A model generated the notes under the pieces. It did not search any database, was not told the DNA's origin, and saw only the letters and a program-made list of their open reading frames with translations. The position numbers and the translations under genes were made by a program. Positions 13,789-26,350 of a stretch of DNA of 64,000 bases are shown one piece after another; positions within the stretch are counted from its first letter, which is position 1; each line of letters starts with the position of its first letter. This DNA comes from the human T2T-CHM13v2.0 reference genome, Homo sapiens: the NCBI RefSeq assembly GCF_009914755.1, contig NC_060928.1, one strand, 5' to 3'.

Positions 13789-14233
13789 TGTGGCAGCCAT
13801 GCAAATATGCCACTTAGATTTCCTACTACAAAGAGTGTAATGGACTCTTGACCCCAGCTGCTGCCTGTCTGGATCCCCCATTGCATTGCATTTGTGACCA
13901 CACTCTTCTTTCCATGGCCTGCTACCAATATATGACTAAGCAAGCAGTAGTACTACTGAAGGGTTATTAAGTGAGATGCAGGACTCTTCTTATGAGGAAT
14001 TTGGGCTTGAGTACTCACTATGTGCCTAGCCAAACATTTCTTGCATCTGTGTTAGAGCCTGAGATTCTCCCAACCTCTTTTTCCCCCTCTCTCATTTTAC
14101 AGGCATCAGACCGGCACTGTGGCATGAAGTCTCCCTCTTCCTTCTTTTCCCTTCTCCTATTCAGTCCCCAGTACATATTTTCCACTTTTAATTTCCTCTA
14201 GACATTTGCTTCTCTGTAGATCCAAAATTGAAT
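13789..14233 (+). mobile_element. ERVL LTR (LTR16-like)
   Basis: Starts tgtggcagccatgcaaatatgccacttagat and ends ...gcttctctgtagatccaaa, resembling LTR16 termini. Confidence 0.6.
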
Positions 14234-15409
14234 ATGTTAAGCAGGGTTGGCTCACTTTACTATCACAAAAAGTTTGCTAAGTAAAAGTACAGAGAAAGTG
14301 TGATAGGATAAGAAGATTTGTATAGTATTTTGCCAAGGTAATCCAGCACTTTCAGATTATAATTTATTCATTCATTCATTCATTCAATTAACTTCTTGAA
14401 TGACTACAATACATAGAAATTTTTTAAGAGAACTGGGATCAAAGAAAAATCCTACACTTTACTGCATTTTCCTTCTAAGTGTCAATCTAATTCTTTTCTT
14501 ATTTTTATGACACAATTCAGCAATATTGAACTACTACTTACCTGGACATTTTATAGTCTCTCATTTCTGTATACCTATGTCAGTTGTTACCTGCTTATAA
14601 GACCTTTTTCTACTTCCTCTTGTCCACTTAAATGTGTCATCTTTCCCAGCCTTTGTCTACTTAACTCCCTCCTATCTCGCCTTCAGACCTCATCTCAAAA
14701 TTCACCTGCCGTGAGAAGAGTTCTCATGATTCTTTCAAGTGGATTAAAATGTGTCCAGGTTGCCAAGTATGTGATTTTTAAAGGACAAGTGAATTGTTAT
14801 CTCTAAAATCTAAAGAAAACATAAGTTGGGATGCATTTCTGTCAATATCATTTCACATCATGTCTCTTATTTTTTGCTGTTCCACAATTCTTTCTATGAA
14901 GTATATTTAAACACATTTATTCATCAGTAGATGCTCTATCCCATCAACAATGCACTTTGTATCTATTGTCATCATGAGCATTTCCTGATAGTAATGGATG
15001 TTTTCAGTGCATAATTGTCTTGCTGTGAGAATCTAAGTTTTCTGATCACAAGACAGATGCTTTTCATCTTTGAATCCCCAGTGCCTCTACAGCCAGTAAA
15101 TAAATATCAATTTAATGAAAAAGAAAGATCCCAGTTAGTAGGGGAGACATATGCATTCATAGATAGTTATAATTCAGTTAGACAAGTTCTTTAATGAAAT
15201 TGGAATTGCTTGTCGTTCACAGTAGCTGGTAACTATATATATATCCAAAGAGTTAGAAAAATATCTCAGGGTCTTGAAAGCTGAATATCTACCAGTGATC
15301 AATGGAGTTCCAGGAAATTATGTTTTTTCTTCCCCCAAATCTCATCTTTTCAATTATCTTTGATTTTTGAAATATATATGCTATAATGAATATATTAAAT
15401 CAAAAATAT

Positions 15410-16135
<726 letters not shown>

Positions 16136-16929
16136 GTAAACATTTAGAAGTATTTATAAAAAGAAGGGGCACTTTTGTTGAAAGTTTGCATATTCATTTT
16201 CTAGCAATTTCCAATCATGTTGCAGCAGAGTTGTATAAATATTTGCTTCACAAATGGAAATGGAATCCTGTACTTTTTAATCGAATCATCTATATATTTC
16301 TGGGGGCGGGGGGCGGGAAAAGTCATAGCCCTTATAACTCAAAACTTTTCATAAGTCAAAACTTTTCCTCCTATAAAAATGTAACTTATCAAAGATTCAA
16401 CAAATAGTTACTGTATCTATGATGTGCCCAACACTCTTCTAATTTTTAGGGTATATTCTATAAAATTTCTGAAGTGAAGAGACACATTAATATTATAAAA
16501 TACAAATGGGCTTTTTGGGTAGATTTTAAAAGTTATTTTATGTTTACTTATGTGCTAGACAACAAAATTAAATATAATTAGTTTATATATTATATATCTG
16601 AGTTATATATAAATACTGTTAAATATATAATTTGCAAGACACTCTTTCTGCGTATGTGACATAGTCATTTTTATGATAATACCCTTGTCCTGGAAACAAA
16701 ATGGGCGAATTACTTAAATAGCTTTTTCTTCATATACTTCAAGAAATAAAGACTGCTTATTACTACAGTTTGTGTGTAGAATTATAAAGATGGAACAGCT
16801 CAAAAAGGACACAGAAGAGCTGTAGCATATATTGTGCTTATTTAGTCCCATGTTTGCCTTCCAAAATAAATTAAATATAGGGATTATCTGGAAACAACGT
16901 CTAGGGAAGATCTTTAGGGGAAACACGTA

Positions 16930-17400
16930 GGGCATGAGCTACCAAAATGGCTGCCTGGTTGCTAAGGAAGAGGCTCCCAGAAAAGTGCAGTGGAAACTTT
17001 CCCATCCTTTGCTCTGAGATGCCTAATTCAGATCCCTGCTGACATGCCTAATGGCATTTAGGTCTGTGACAAATCTGATTTATTTGGGTGTTCTTCCTCT
17101 GCTTCCATAAAGGAACTGCTGATGTGGTGACATATTAGTCATCGCGCCTCTAGAGCAGTTTCTTCTGCTGGTAGCGGAACCTCTGTTCAGCAGGACTATA
17201 AATTTCTTTCAGAGCCAATGTCATGTTGCTGTTGTGCGTGAAGACTCTGTTAGGTCCTCTGTCAAGCAAATCCCCCGACATCCATTTTCTTGAAGTCAAG
17301 ATATCTGGCTAGACAACAATTTAGTTAATTAAGAAGAACGTTTCATAAAATGCTGATTGAGTGTGAGAGGAGGAGCTTGCGATGTGTGAGGAAACAGTGG
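16930..17400. promoter_or_regulatory. Putative non-repeat cis-regulatory element
   Basis: Unique, more GC-balanced block with YY1-type caaaatggctgc (16943-16954), adjacent RFX-like gttgctaaggaa and AP-1-like ttagtca; motif-level evidence only. Confidence 0.35.
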
Positions 17401-18991
17401 GGCTTGCAATTTTATAATTTAAGTAAAATTAAAATTGAAATGTATCATTAAGTATTATTGCCTCTAATAACATCTAAAGCAGTGTTCTGTTCTTTTCTCC
17501 TTTAAAATCTAATTACTGTACAACTAAAACTCCCTTCTTTGTAATAACACTTTTCTTAAGTGTTATTTGTGGAGGTATTTTCTTTCACAATCAGAGAGTC
17601 TAGAAGTTGCCTTTAGACCACTAGACCACTGGGGGTTAAACTGCCAATCACTATTTTTTTTTTTAAACTGAGCCTCATCGTTCATTTTTCCTCATACCAT
17701 TAACTGAGCTTTATCTTCCACTGCATTCCTACTGTGCTTGCTTGCGTCAGCTCCATAGATCACTTTCCTTTTTTTTTCTTTTTTTCTCCTTTCCCCTCAG
17801 ACTAATGAAAATTTTATTGTCAATGTTTCTCTTTATTTGGTAATATTTTAAACTGAAATATTAAAAATAATATTAACACCAGAGTAAACAGTTTCCTTTG
17901 CTTTTTCCTGTCATCGGGTAGACTTTAGTACACAGTACACATAATTATGGTCACCACTAAATTCACATATTTTAGAAATAGTAAGCTTTGCATTACTTTC
18001 CTTTGTTCTCATACTCAACTTTTAACTATTTTTCTTTTAATTGGATTTTTAAATGAAAGTACATTTAAAATTGAGGAGGTTGTCTCAGTGGTGTGAAAAG
18101 TTCAGTGTGTTCTCTTATTTTTTCACTGAAAGTCTGTCTAAATTTTTTTGTAATGGAAAATTTTGAGGCATACTGAAGCTCATGTTTTCTTTATCATGGC
18201 AAATATCCATTAAGTATGAATATTCAAGAAAATTATCTTGTATCATCTTTCATATTTAATTGAATCATACATATTTCCTTTTGGCTAATAACTATCAATA
18301 TTATTTTATTCATATTGTGTAATGAAGCTATATTTGAATATCTTAGTTTTATGGAAACTTTTAAAATGAGAAAATAAAATAATGCTATTCTATTTTGGAG
18401 TATTTCTCTCTAATAAGATGCTAGTAATTTGTTCTTATGTGTGAACAGGACTGCAAAGCATGTATTAGGGTACCTGACATATAATAAATACCAAATATAT
18501 TTTAGGAGCTAACAAAAAGTATTTTGTTAATAAAGATGTCTTCATTAGCAATTATCATTACCTTGATTCTTCCAATCAGTAATGTACATCTTCTTCTAGC
18601 CCCACATGGGCTTTAGTATGACTTACCCAAACAGGAATGAATAGCTTTCTCTCAGGTGCCATGCTGTAAGCTACAGAACTTAGCTGGTATTTCTGCTTTC
18701 ATCCAAGGTTAGCAATTATAATTATACACTTAGTCAAGCTGATTCCTAAGCATCCTCTGAAATTGAGACAACCTGCTCAATTTTAAATGTACTTTCATTT
18801 ACAAATCCAGTTGAAAGAAAAATAATTAAAAATTGAGTGTGAGGGAAAAGGAAAGTAATGCAAAATCTAGTCATACTTGGCTAAATTATTTACCACTGAC
18901 TTTCTAATAAAAACAAAAGGGATTATTTGAAAACAATAAAACCCATGTTATGCAATGAAGTATGTACAGTTTAAAAATCTGTGGAGGGACA

Positions 18992-20165
18992 ATTCCTGCT
19001 GTACAGCATCCTTGGTAGGATTTGGTATTGTCTGAATTTTTTTTTAAAAAAAGATTGCCATTGTAGTAGATGTGTAGTGGTATTTCCTTGTGGTTTTAAT
19101 TTGCATTTTATAATGAACTAATGATGTTGAGTCTTTTTTGTATGCTTATTTCCCATCCTATATCTTCTTTGGTGAAGCGTCTGTTTATATAATTTTCCCA
19201 CTTTTTAACTGGGTCATTGATTTTCTTATTGAAGAGGTTCAAGTATTATTTATGTATTCTGAATATGTCATTTGTAAAAATTTTCTTTTTCTATTCTTTT
19301 TTTTTCTCTGTAAATATGGAACGCTTCACGAATTTGCGTGCCATCCTTGCGCAGGGGCCATGCTAATCTTCTCTGTAGCATTCCAATTTTAGTATATGTG
19401 CTGCTGAAGCGAGCACTCATTTGTAAAAATTTTCTTCCCATCCATGAGTTGTGGTTTTATTCTCTTAAGAGTGTCGTTTGCATAGAAAAATGTTTTAATT
19501 TGATAAAGTATACATTTTTACTTTATGGTCATATTTTTGCTGTTGTATGTAAAAATTTATCAACAAGCCTAAGATCAAATAGATTTTTCTTGAGTATTTT
19601 ATAGATGATTTGTAGTTTCATTTCTTACCTTTATGCTATGATTTATTGATCCATTTTGAGTTAAGTTTTGTATAAGTTGGGAGATATGAGTCAGGACTCT
19701 TTTTTTTAATATGAGTGCCCAAATGTCTTAGTACTATTTGTTACAGAGGCTATCTTTTCTTCACTGATTTGATTTTCCAACTTTGTCAAAAGTTAATTGA
19801 TTATATTTGCATGGGTCAATTTCTGGACTCTATTATGTTTCATTGACTTTTTTATCCTCATAGGTCTTAAAATTATTTAGTGAGATTTTTCTAACTTTGT
19901 TCTTTTCTCAGAATTATCTTGACTATTCTAGTTAGTTTGATCTTCCATAAGGATTTTAAAATAAGCTTGCCTATGTCTATAAAATGCTTGCTTAGATTTT
20001 GAATGGAATTTTTTCAATCTATATGTTACATTGGGAAAAATTGTCATGTTAGCAAAATTGAGTTTTCCAATCCATAAACACTGTATATCTTTCCATTTTG
20101 TTAGAGCTTTTATTTCTTTCATCAGTGTTTTGTACTTTCTAGCATACATATCCTGCGCACATTTT
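18992..20165 (-). mobile_element. Old L1M ORF2 fragment (inverted 5' part of the adjacent L1)
   Basis: gtagtggtatttccttgtggttttaatttgcat, gatccattttgagttaa, tccataaacactgtatatctttccattt are antisense ORF2; ORF 19928-20212 gives an L1 ORF2-like peptide YKTLMKEIK..KWKDIQCLWIGKLN. Confidence 0.85.
19312..19416 (-). pseudogene. RNU6: Full-length processed U6 snRNA pseudogene
   Basis: Reverse complement matches U6 (GTGCTCGCTTC...ACAGAGAAGATTAGCATGGCCCCTGCGCAAGGATG...TTCGTGAAGCGTTCCATATTT) with ~4 substitutions; A-rich tail 19288-19311; perfect 20-bp TSD tcatttgtaaaaattttctt at 19268-19287 and 19417-19436; flanks are L1 sequence with no snRNA promoter evident. Confidence 0.97.
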
Positions 20166-22467
20166 TCTTTGTTAGTGGAAATGGTAAATGGTACAGATAC
20201 TTTGGAAAACACTTCGGCAGTTTCATATAAAGTTAAATATCCATTTGCTACACAACCAGCAGTCCTATTCCTACTTATTCATCCAATGAATTAAAAACTT
20301 ATTAGACTTTCCTACATAAACTTGTATAGGAATGTGTTACAGCAGCTTTGTTCATGATTACCCCAAATTGGAAGCAACCAAGATGTTGTTGGATTAAAAG
20401 AAAAACAACCAGGTACATTTATACTATGCAATACTACTTAGTAATTAAAGGAAAAAGGAAATGAAAGACCCTATTCACTCAATCTGAAGGAATTGCTAAG
20501 TGAAAAACACCAGACTGCAAAGACCACTACTGTATGATTGTCTTTATTTTATCCTCGGAAAAGATAAAACTATAGGAACGGAAAATACATCACTAATTGT
20601 CAAAGTTTGGTGTGAGAGGAAGGTTTGACTACATACAGTCAACCCAAGTAAATTTTTAGCGTGATGGAATTGTGCTTTGAGAAACTTCAGTGGAAACTTA
20701 ACTATATACATTTATCAAACTCGAAACTGGACACCACAAAATGAGAACTTTAATGTATGCAAATTTTAAGAAAATCAACCAGGGCGTTGGAGGATTCCAG
20801 CATGTAATACAGACTATAACTGGAAATGTATGACATAATCTCACCAAAGAGATGGGGGGAAAGGAACTGACATAAGTATCTTTGGAAACAGTGTTTGACG
20901 AGATACTACAAGGCCACAGACAAGCATCACCATACATAATAAGCAGTGTACTCAACTAATAAATTTAATTTTCACAGGTCTATGAATTAGCAATTCTAAA
21001 ACAATTTTACATGTATTTAGATTTGATAAACTATAGATAATGGGATTCAAGTTTCTCATTGTCAGAGGTAGATTTTAAAATAAGTAAGCAGGGGAAGGGT
21101 AGGATAAACTTTGTGGTGATGAATTAAAATTGGAGATAATACTATGAATGTATGTTTCTTTTAACATAGATGCTGATAGGTAAAATATGTAAATAAATAT
21201 AAATGTATGTGTATACTTCTGTAGTATACATACATATGCTTCCTAACTCTCTCTATTAAAAGGGCCTAGAAGCAGTGAAACTTCAATAACAAACAGCATA
21301 CCTAGTCCCTGGATCTAAGATTTTAAATATCAGTCTCTAATAAAAGAAAACGGGGGTTCCTGGAGAATAGCTAATTCTGTGAACTAATCAGGGAAAATAC
21401 ATGATTAACCTAAAACATTTTTCAGTGCCATTAAATAGAAAGTTTAAAATAATTTTTTAATTAAAACTTTTTAAAGAGAATGTAGCAGTCAATTTTAGAT
21501 AATATTCAATAGCCAAAGCTGAAGCAATTTGAGAAAAAACACTCACCAATGATAATAATAGATTATAACCTAAGAATATCCATGAATTCATATTGATATT
21601 AAATGAATGACTGAATGCATACATGAGGGAAAGGAACAAGTATTTCTTTCATAATTCTAAATAGTGAATGTAGAAACAATGACAGAAATAGAAAATTAAA
21701 CAGGAATGCTGTAATTAAAGGATAAAAAGAAGAGAGCATATTTGGAATACTTAAAGTATGTCCTGAAAATAATTACTGTGGTAGTTTTAACATTTGACCA
21801 CAAGTTTTTGACTCCTTCTTTCGGGAAGTAGATTTTAATTCCCCTCTCTTTGTCTGGGACCTGGTCTTAGTGACTCACTTCTGACCAATAAAGTATAGAA
21901 AGGCAAAATCAGTAGTAACTTTACCATGGTGAAACCTGGCAAACACCACCGGAACCAAGCAACCAAAGCTAAACCACCAGGAATAAGTAATGTTGGTAAG
22001 ATGTACCCCTGATGGGAAGGGCAGGACACCCCTGTGGTATTATTTCTCCAAATCTGTCCTATCAATCTAATCTTGAGAAACATTCTATTAATGCACACTG
22101 AGTAATATTCTGTAAAATACCTAAAAATTACCCATCAAAAGTGTCAAGGTTATAAAAAATATGGAACTGCTGAGAAACTATCACAGAATGGAAGAGACGA
22201 AGGAGACATGAATCATTATAAATAAGAATACATTTCCTGGAGCAGAAAATTAATGTAAGTGAAAACATTGTAGGATCTGAATAAACTCTGAGTTTGATGA
22301 CTATTTTTTGCACTAATGTTAGTTTACTAATTTTGATGACCACGCCAGGGTTGTATGAGATGTTATTATCAGGGGAAACTGAATGAAGGTTATACAAGAA
22401 CTTTCTGTTCCATCTTCATTACTCTTTTGCCAGTCTAAAATTATTTCAAAATGAAAGTTTAAAAAAT
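20166..22467 (+). mobile_element. L1MC/L1MD-type 3' ORF2 end and long 3' UTR
   Basis: aaatggtacagatactttggaaaac...ttggaagcaaccaagatg...actttaccatggtgaaacctggcaaacaccacc...gtctaaaattatttcaaaatgaaagtttaaaaaa. Confidence 0.8.
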
Positions 22468-23415
22468 ATCTGTGGAATAATTTCTGTGCATTCAGAATCA
22501 TTAGTCTGCCACCAGAGAATAACTGAGAAGAGTTTCTCCCAATCTGGTTCTGGACTTCTGATTTTATTGTCCCACCAGTTTTGCACAATCTGCTCAACTG
22601 TTTCTGCAGCCTATGTTCAAAGTTCTCTGATGACTCCACTTAGAATGATCACTTCTTTATGTAGAAATAATTTTGTTACAATACGAAAATAATTGTTTAT
22701 TTTCACAGTCTTTTGTAGATTACATACTACATATAATACTCAGAATTGCCAGATAAAAGCCAATGCATATGATGTAATTCCTGGAATTAGTCCTGAAATG
22801 CATATATCTGTGTCAGTTAATGACTAGATATTGAGGCCTGAGAGGACATGGTACATTTTTCAGACTTCAGATGGTTAGATTAGAAGGAAACATAGGTGTG
22901 TATATGAGTGGGCAGAGATGTGGCTGGGAAAATGGGCAAGGGTCATATCTTAGAAATGTCGGTAGATCATACTCCGCAATAAGATTTTTACAATAGAAAG
23001 AGTGAAAAGCCATTCAGGGATTTTAAAGAAAGGAATAAGAAATCAGAAGCATATGTTAGGTAAATTCTTCTGCCAGTGTGAAAAATAATGCTCGAGTTGC
23101 AGGAGTGATTCTGAAGGGGTAAAATATATAGCTTCTACTAAGCAATTTAAAGAACTGAAACTTAAGAAATCTAAGTAAGGGTTGTTCTTTACCTAATATT
23201 TATATGGCAAAGTCATGTCTAAAGGTAATTGCTGAAGGAATAATCCTATATACAAATTTTGTATGTCGATAGTATATAAACAAAATTGAAAGATAAAAAC
23301 AAACCAGAAATAAAATTGTCAGACATGTAATGCAGGCTTTTATTTCTACTCTTCTTAAAACTCATAAAAATATAGGAACACACCAAAATAAAAATTAACA
23401 AAGATTATAAACTGG

Positions 23416-23833
23416 ATATTATGGATTGAAATAAATCATTCCAAAATTCATGTGTTGAGGTCCTTATACCCAGTAGAACCTCAGAATGTGATAGTATTTG
23501 GAAGTAGTGTCTTTGCAGATAACAAATTTAAGATGAGCTCATTAAGGTGGGCTTTAATCCAATTTGAATGGTGTTTTTACAAAAAGGGTTGGACACAGAC
23601 CCATATACAAGGGAAGACACTGTGAGGGCGCAGGAAGAATGCCATCTGCCAATTGACATTATGGTGCCACAAGCCAAGGGACTACCAAAAGCTAAAATAA
23701 AGACTTGGAATAGAACTCTCCCTGACACTTTCAAAGAAAGGGAAACTCTACCAACACATTGATCTGGAACTTTTAGCATCCAGGACAGTGAGACAATACA
23801 TTTCTGTTGGTACTTTGCTATAAACGAATACAC
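23416..23833 (+). mobile_element. MaLR solo LTR (MLT1B/C-like)
   Basis: aacctcagaatgtgatagtatttggaag...gtctttgcagat...catccaggacagtgagacaatacatttctgttg. Confidence 0.8.
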
Positions 23834-24651
23834 TACTTTTTAACCAAAAAATGCAATATAAATGATCAGTAAAATATAAAAACATGTGCTACCATATTTG
23901 TTAAATAAAAATTCAAATTAAGAAAGTAACATATAATTTTTAATGGCCCAAGGTTTTTAAAATAATAGCGAGAGTGAGTATGTTAAAATTGACACTGTTT
24001 TATACTGCCCGTAGAAGTACAGTCTGTTAGACTGAATACATGTAAAGATACACTTAATGTATTACAGCACTTACTGTAGTGATAGGTATATTGTAGGAAC
24101 ACAATAAGTGATAACTATAATGAATAGTGTAATTATATATCTGTATTAAAATTATACATGTTGTATAATGATAGCAATAGCAATAAAGTCTCTCTTGATA
24201 GAAACTTGGCAAAATGTATCAAGGCCTTAATATTACAGGCTTTGGTCCATCAATTCCACCCCTGGGAATGTATTTCCTTTCTGTATTTAATAGTACCTTC
24301 TCCATGCTGAAGAGAAAAGGAAAGTAATTAGATGACAAAAGAAGTGAAAGAGATAAAAGTGCAAGGTGATCGAGAAGGACTGAAGAATGTTTGGGGTGAA
24401 AAGAATGAGGAGTATAATTTAGTTTTCTTGTCAGAAAAAGCCTTTCTTTTGAGGTGACTTTTGAACAGAAACTTGAATGAGAAGCAGAAGTCTCTCACAG
24501 GCAGCTACATGAGGAGTGATTTGTGACCTCCAGTCTGTGGGACCAATCAGAGCAAAGAGCCCAAAGAGTGGTGAAATATTCTGCCTTATTTTAAGTGAAG
24601 TGGGGAGGCCAAAAGAATTGCACAGATATGTCACTATGCCCCAACTCTCTT

Positions 24652-24659
<8 letters not shown>

Positions 24660-24699
<40 letters not shown>
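24660..24699. repeat. (CA)n microsatellite
   Basis: About 19 perfect CA units. Confidence 0.97.
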
Positions 24700-24702
<3 letters not shown>

Positions 24703-24969
24703 CAGGTTTTTACTATCTTTGCAATCATTTACTAATGTGCTATTTTTGAATGCTTAGTCTTCGAATCGTACAGGAGACTGTGCTATCAATCTACCAGTCT
24801 TCCAAACTCACTATAAACAAAAAAAGAACTTGAAAATTTTATTCTCATAGATGAAATAGAGTTGCTTTTTGGATATCAATAGGAGAGGCCCCTCTTAAGC
24901 TCTCCTGAGGGAGAAAATACTACAGTTTTGCAAAAGAATGAGCAAAGCAATTAAATTTACCCACAAGAG

Positions 24970-24971
<2 letters not shown>

Positions 24972-25001
<30 letters not shown>
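24972..25001. repeat. (CA)n microsatellite
   Basis: About 15 CA units. Confidence 0.97.
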
Positions 25002-25003
<2 letters not shown>

Positions 25004-25483
25004 GTCACAGTCGATAACATTTTTGTCTTGGGTTTCAAGGAATGATTAGAAGTTACACAAGTGAAAATGGGAGAATCATCTATTAAAGACAGGTTATATC
25101 ATACATGTATAATTGCAGAAAATGTTTTATGAATGGAGAAAGGAGGAAAGAGAAAAGGGGATGGAAGGAGACTGTGCAGAGGAAGTAAACAGAATTTGGG
25201 TTGCTAAGTACCTGTGAGATTAGTGTGTAAAGGATTTTATATGTACTGATAGATAATAAAATACAAGCAGCAGGAATACTATATGGACTAAAGTATTTAT
25301 TATTTTCCAGTCACAAAATTTTGAATATCATTTTATAATTAAATCCAGAACATGTTCAGGTTCTAAGCCTAACATGTATTTAAGGTATTGCTCCATACAT
25401 TTAATGTATTGCTCCAGGAAAGACTCTGATGAAATCCTTGTTTCCATCAAAAAGAGTAATATGTCATATTTTAAACAAAGAGG

Positions 25484-25872
25484 TGTTTCAGTCTGTTTTG
25501 TGTTGCTGTAACAGAATACCTGAGTTTGGCTAATTTATAATGAAGAGGCTCACAGTTCCAAAGGCTGGGAAGTCCAATATTAAGGTGTTAGCATATGGCA
25601 AGTGCCTTCTTGCTATGTCATAACATGGCAAAAGGCTTCACATGGTAGAAGGACAAAGAAAGAGGGAGAAAGGGGGTGTCTAACTCTCCCTTTTATAATG
25701 AACCTGTTTCCACAATAATGAATGCATTCCTACTCTAATGGCATTAATCCCTTTGTTAGGGCAGAGCTGTCATGGCTTAACACCTCTTAAAGGTTACATC
25801 TTTTACTTCTGTTACAATGACATATAAATTTCAACAGGAATTTTGGAGGGGAAAAACAGCATTCAAGACACA
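25484..25872 (-). mobile_element. MaLR solo LTR (MSTB/MSTD-like)
   Basis: gtctgttttgtgttgctgtaacagaatacctgag...ggctgggaagtccaa...tttcaacaggaattttggagggg. Confidence 0.8.
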
Positions 25873-26149
25873 GGAGGAGGAAGAACCCAAATCAGTGAGG
25901 TGGGATTTTCCTTTAGGTATTTTTTCACATTACTCTGAAATCTTAATTTTCTCCAAATGATGATATAAAAAATTGTTGTCCCATTTCTCTAAATTGAAAT
26001 GTTATGCCTACAATTCTATTTTTAATAAAACTTTTTGTTTTTACTATTAGCTCTTAAAATAGTATTAATTAATGTGCCTTACTAGCCTTGAAGTCATTTA
26101 TGACATTTTATGTATGTTGATGTATTTTTGCTTAAAATTGAACCTAATA

Positions 26150-26350
26150 TAATAGTTATAAGAGTAATAGCAAACATTTATACAGGAGTTGGTATGGGCA
26201 GTAATTGTTCTAAGCGCCTTCTATGTATTCATTTATTTTTAGCCACTCAGAAACCCTATGAGGTAGTAACCATTGTTATTATCAGTTTACAGATGAAGAA
26301 ACTGAAGTACAAAGCAGAAACCTACCCAAATCATGTATTAGATAGGTGAA
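26150..26350 (-). mobile_element. MIR SINE
   Basis: aaccctatgaggtag...tttacagatgaagaaactgaag. Confidence 0.75.

Noticed and set aside
17141-17158. CTCF-like motif cgcgcctctagagc
   Set aside because: Spacing and the 3' TGG do not fit the core consensus.
19312-19416. Functional U6 snRNA gene
   Set aside because: TSD, A-rich tail, substitutions and L1-derived upstream flank without evident PSE/TATA indicate a retrocopy.
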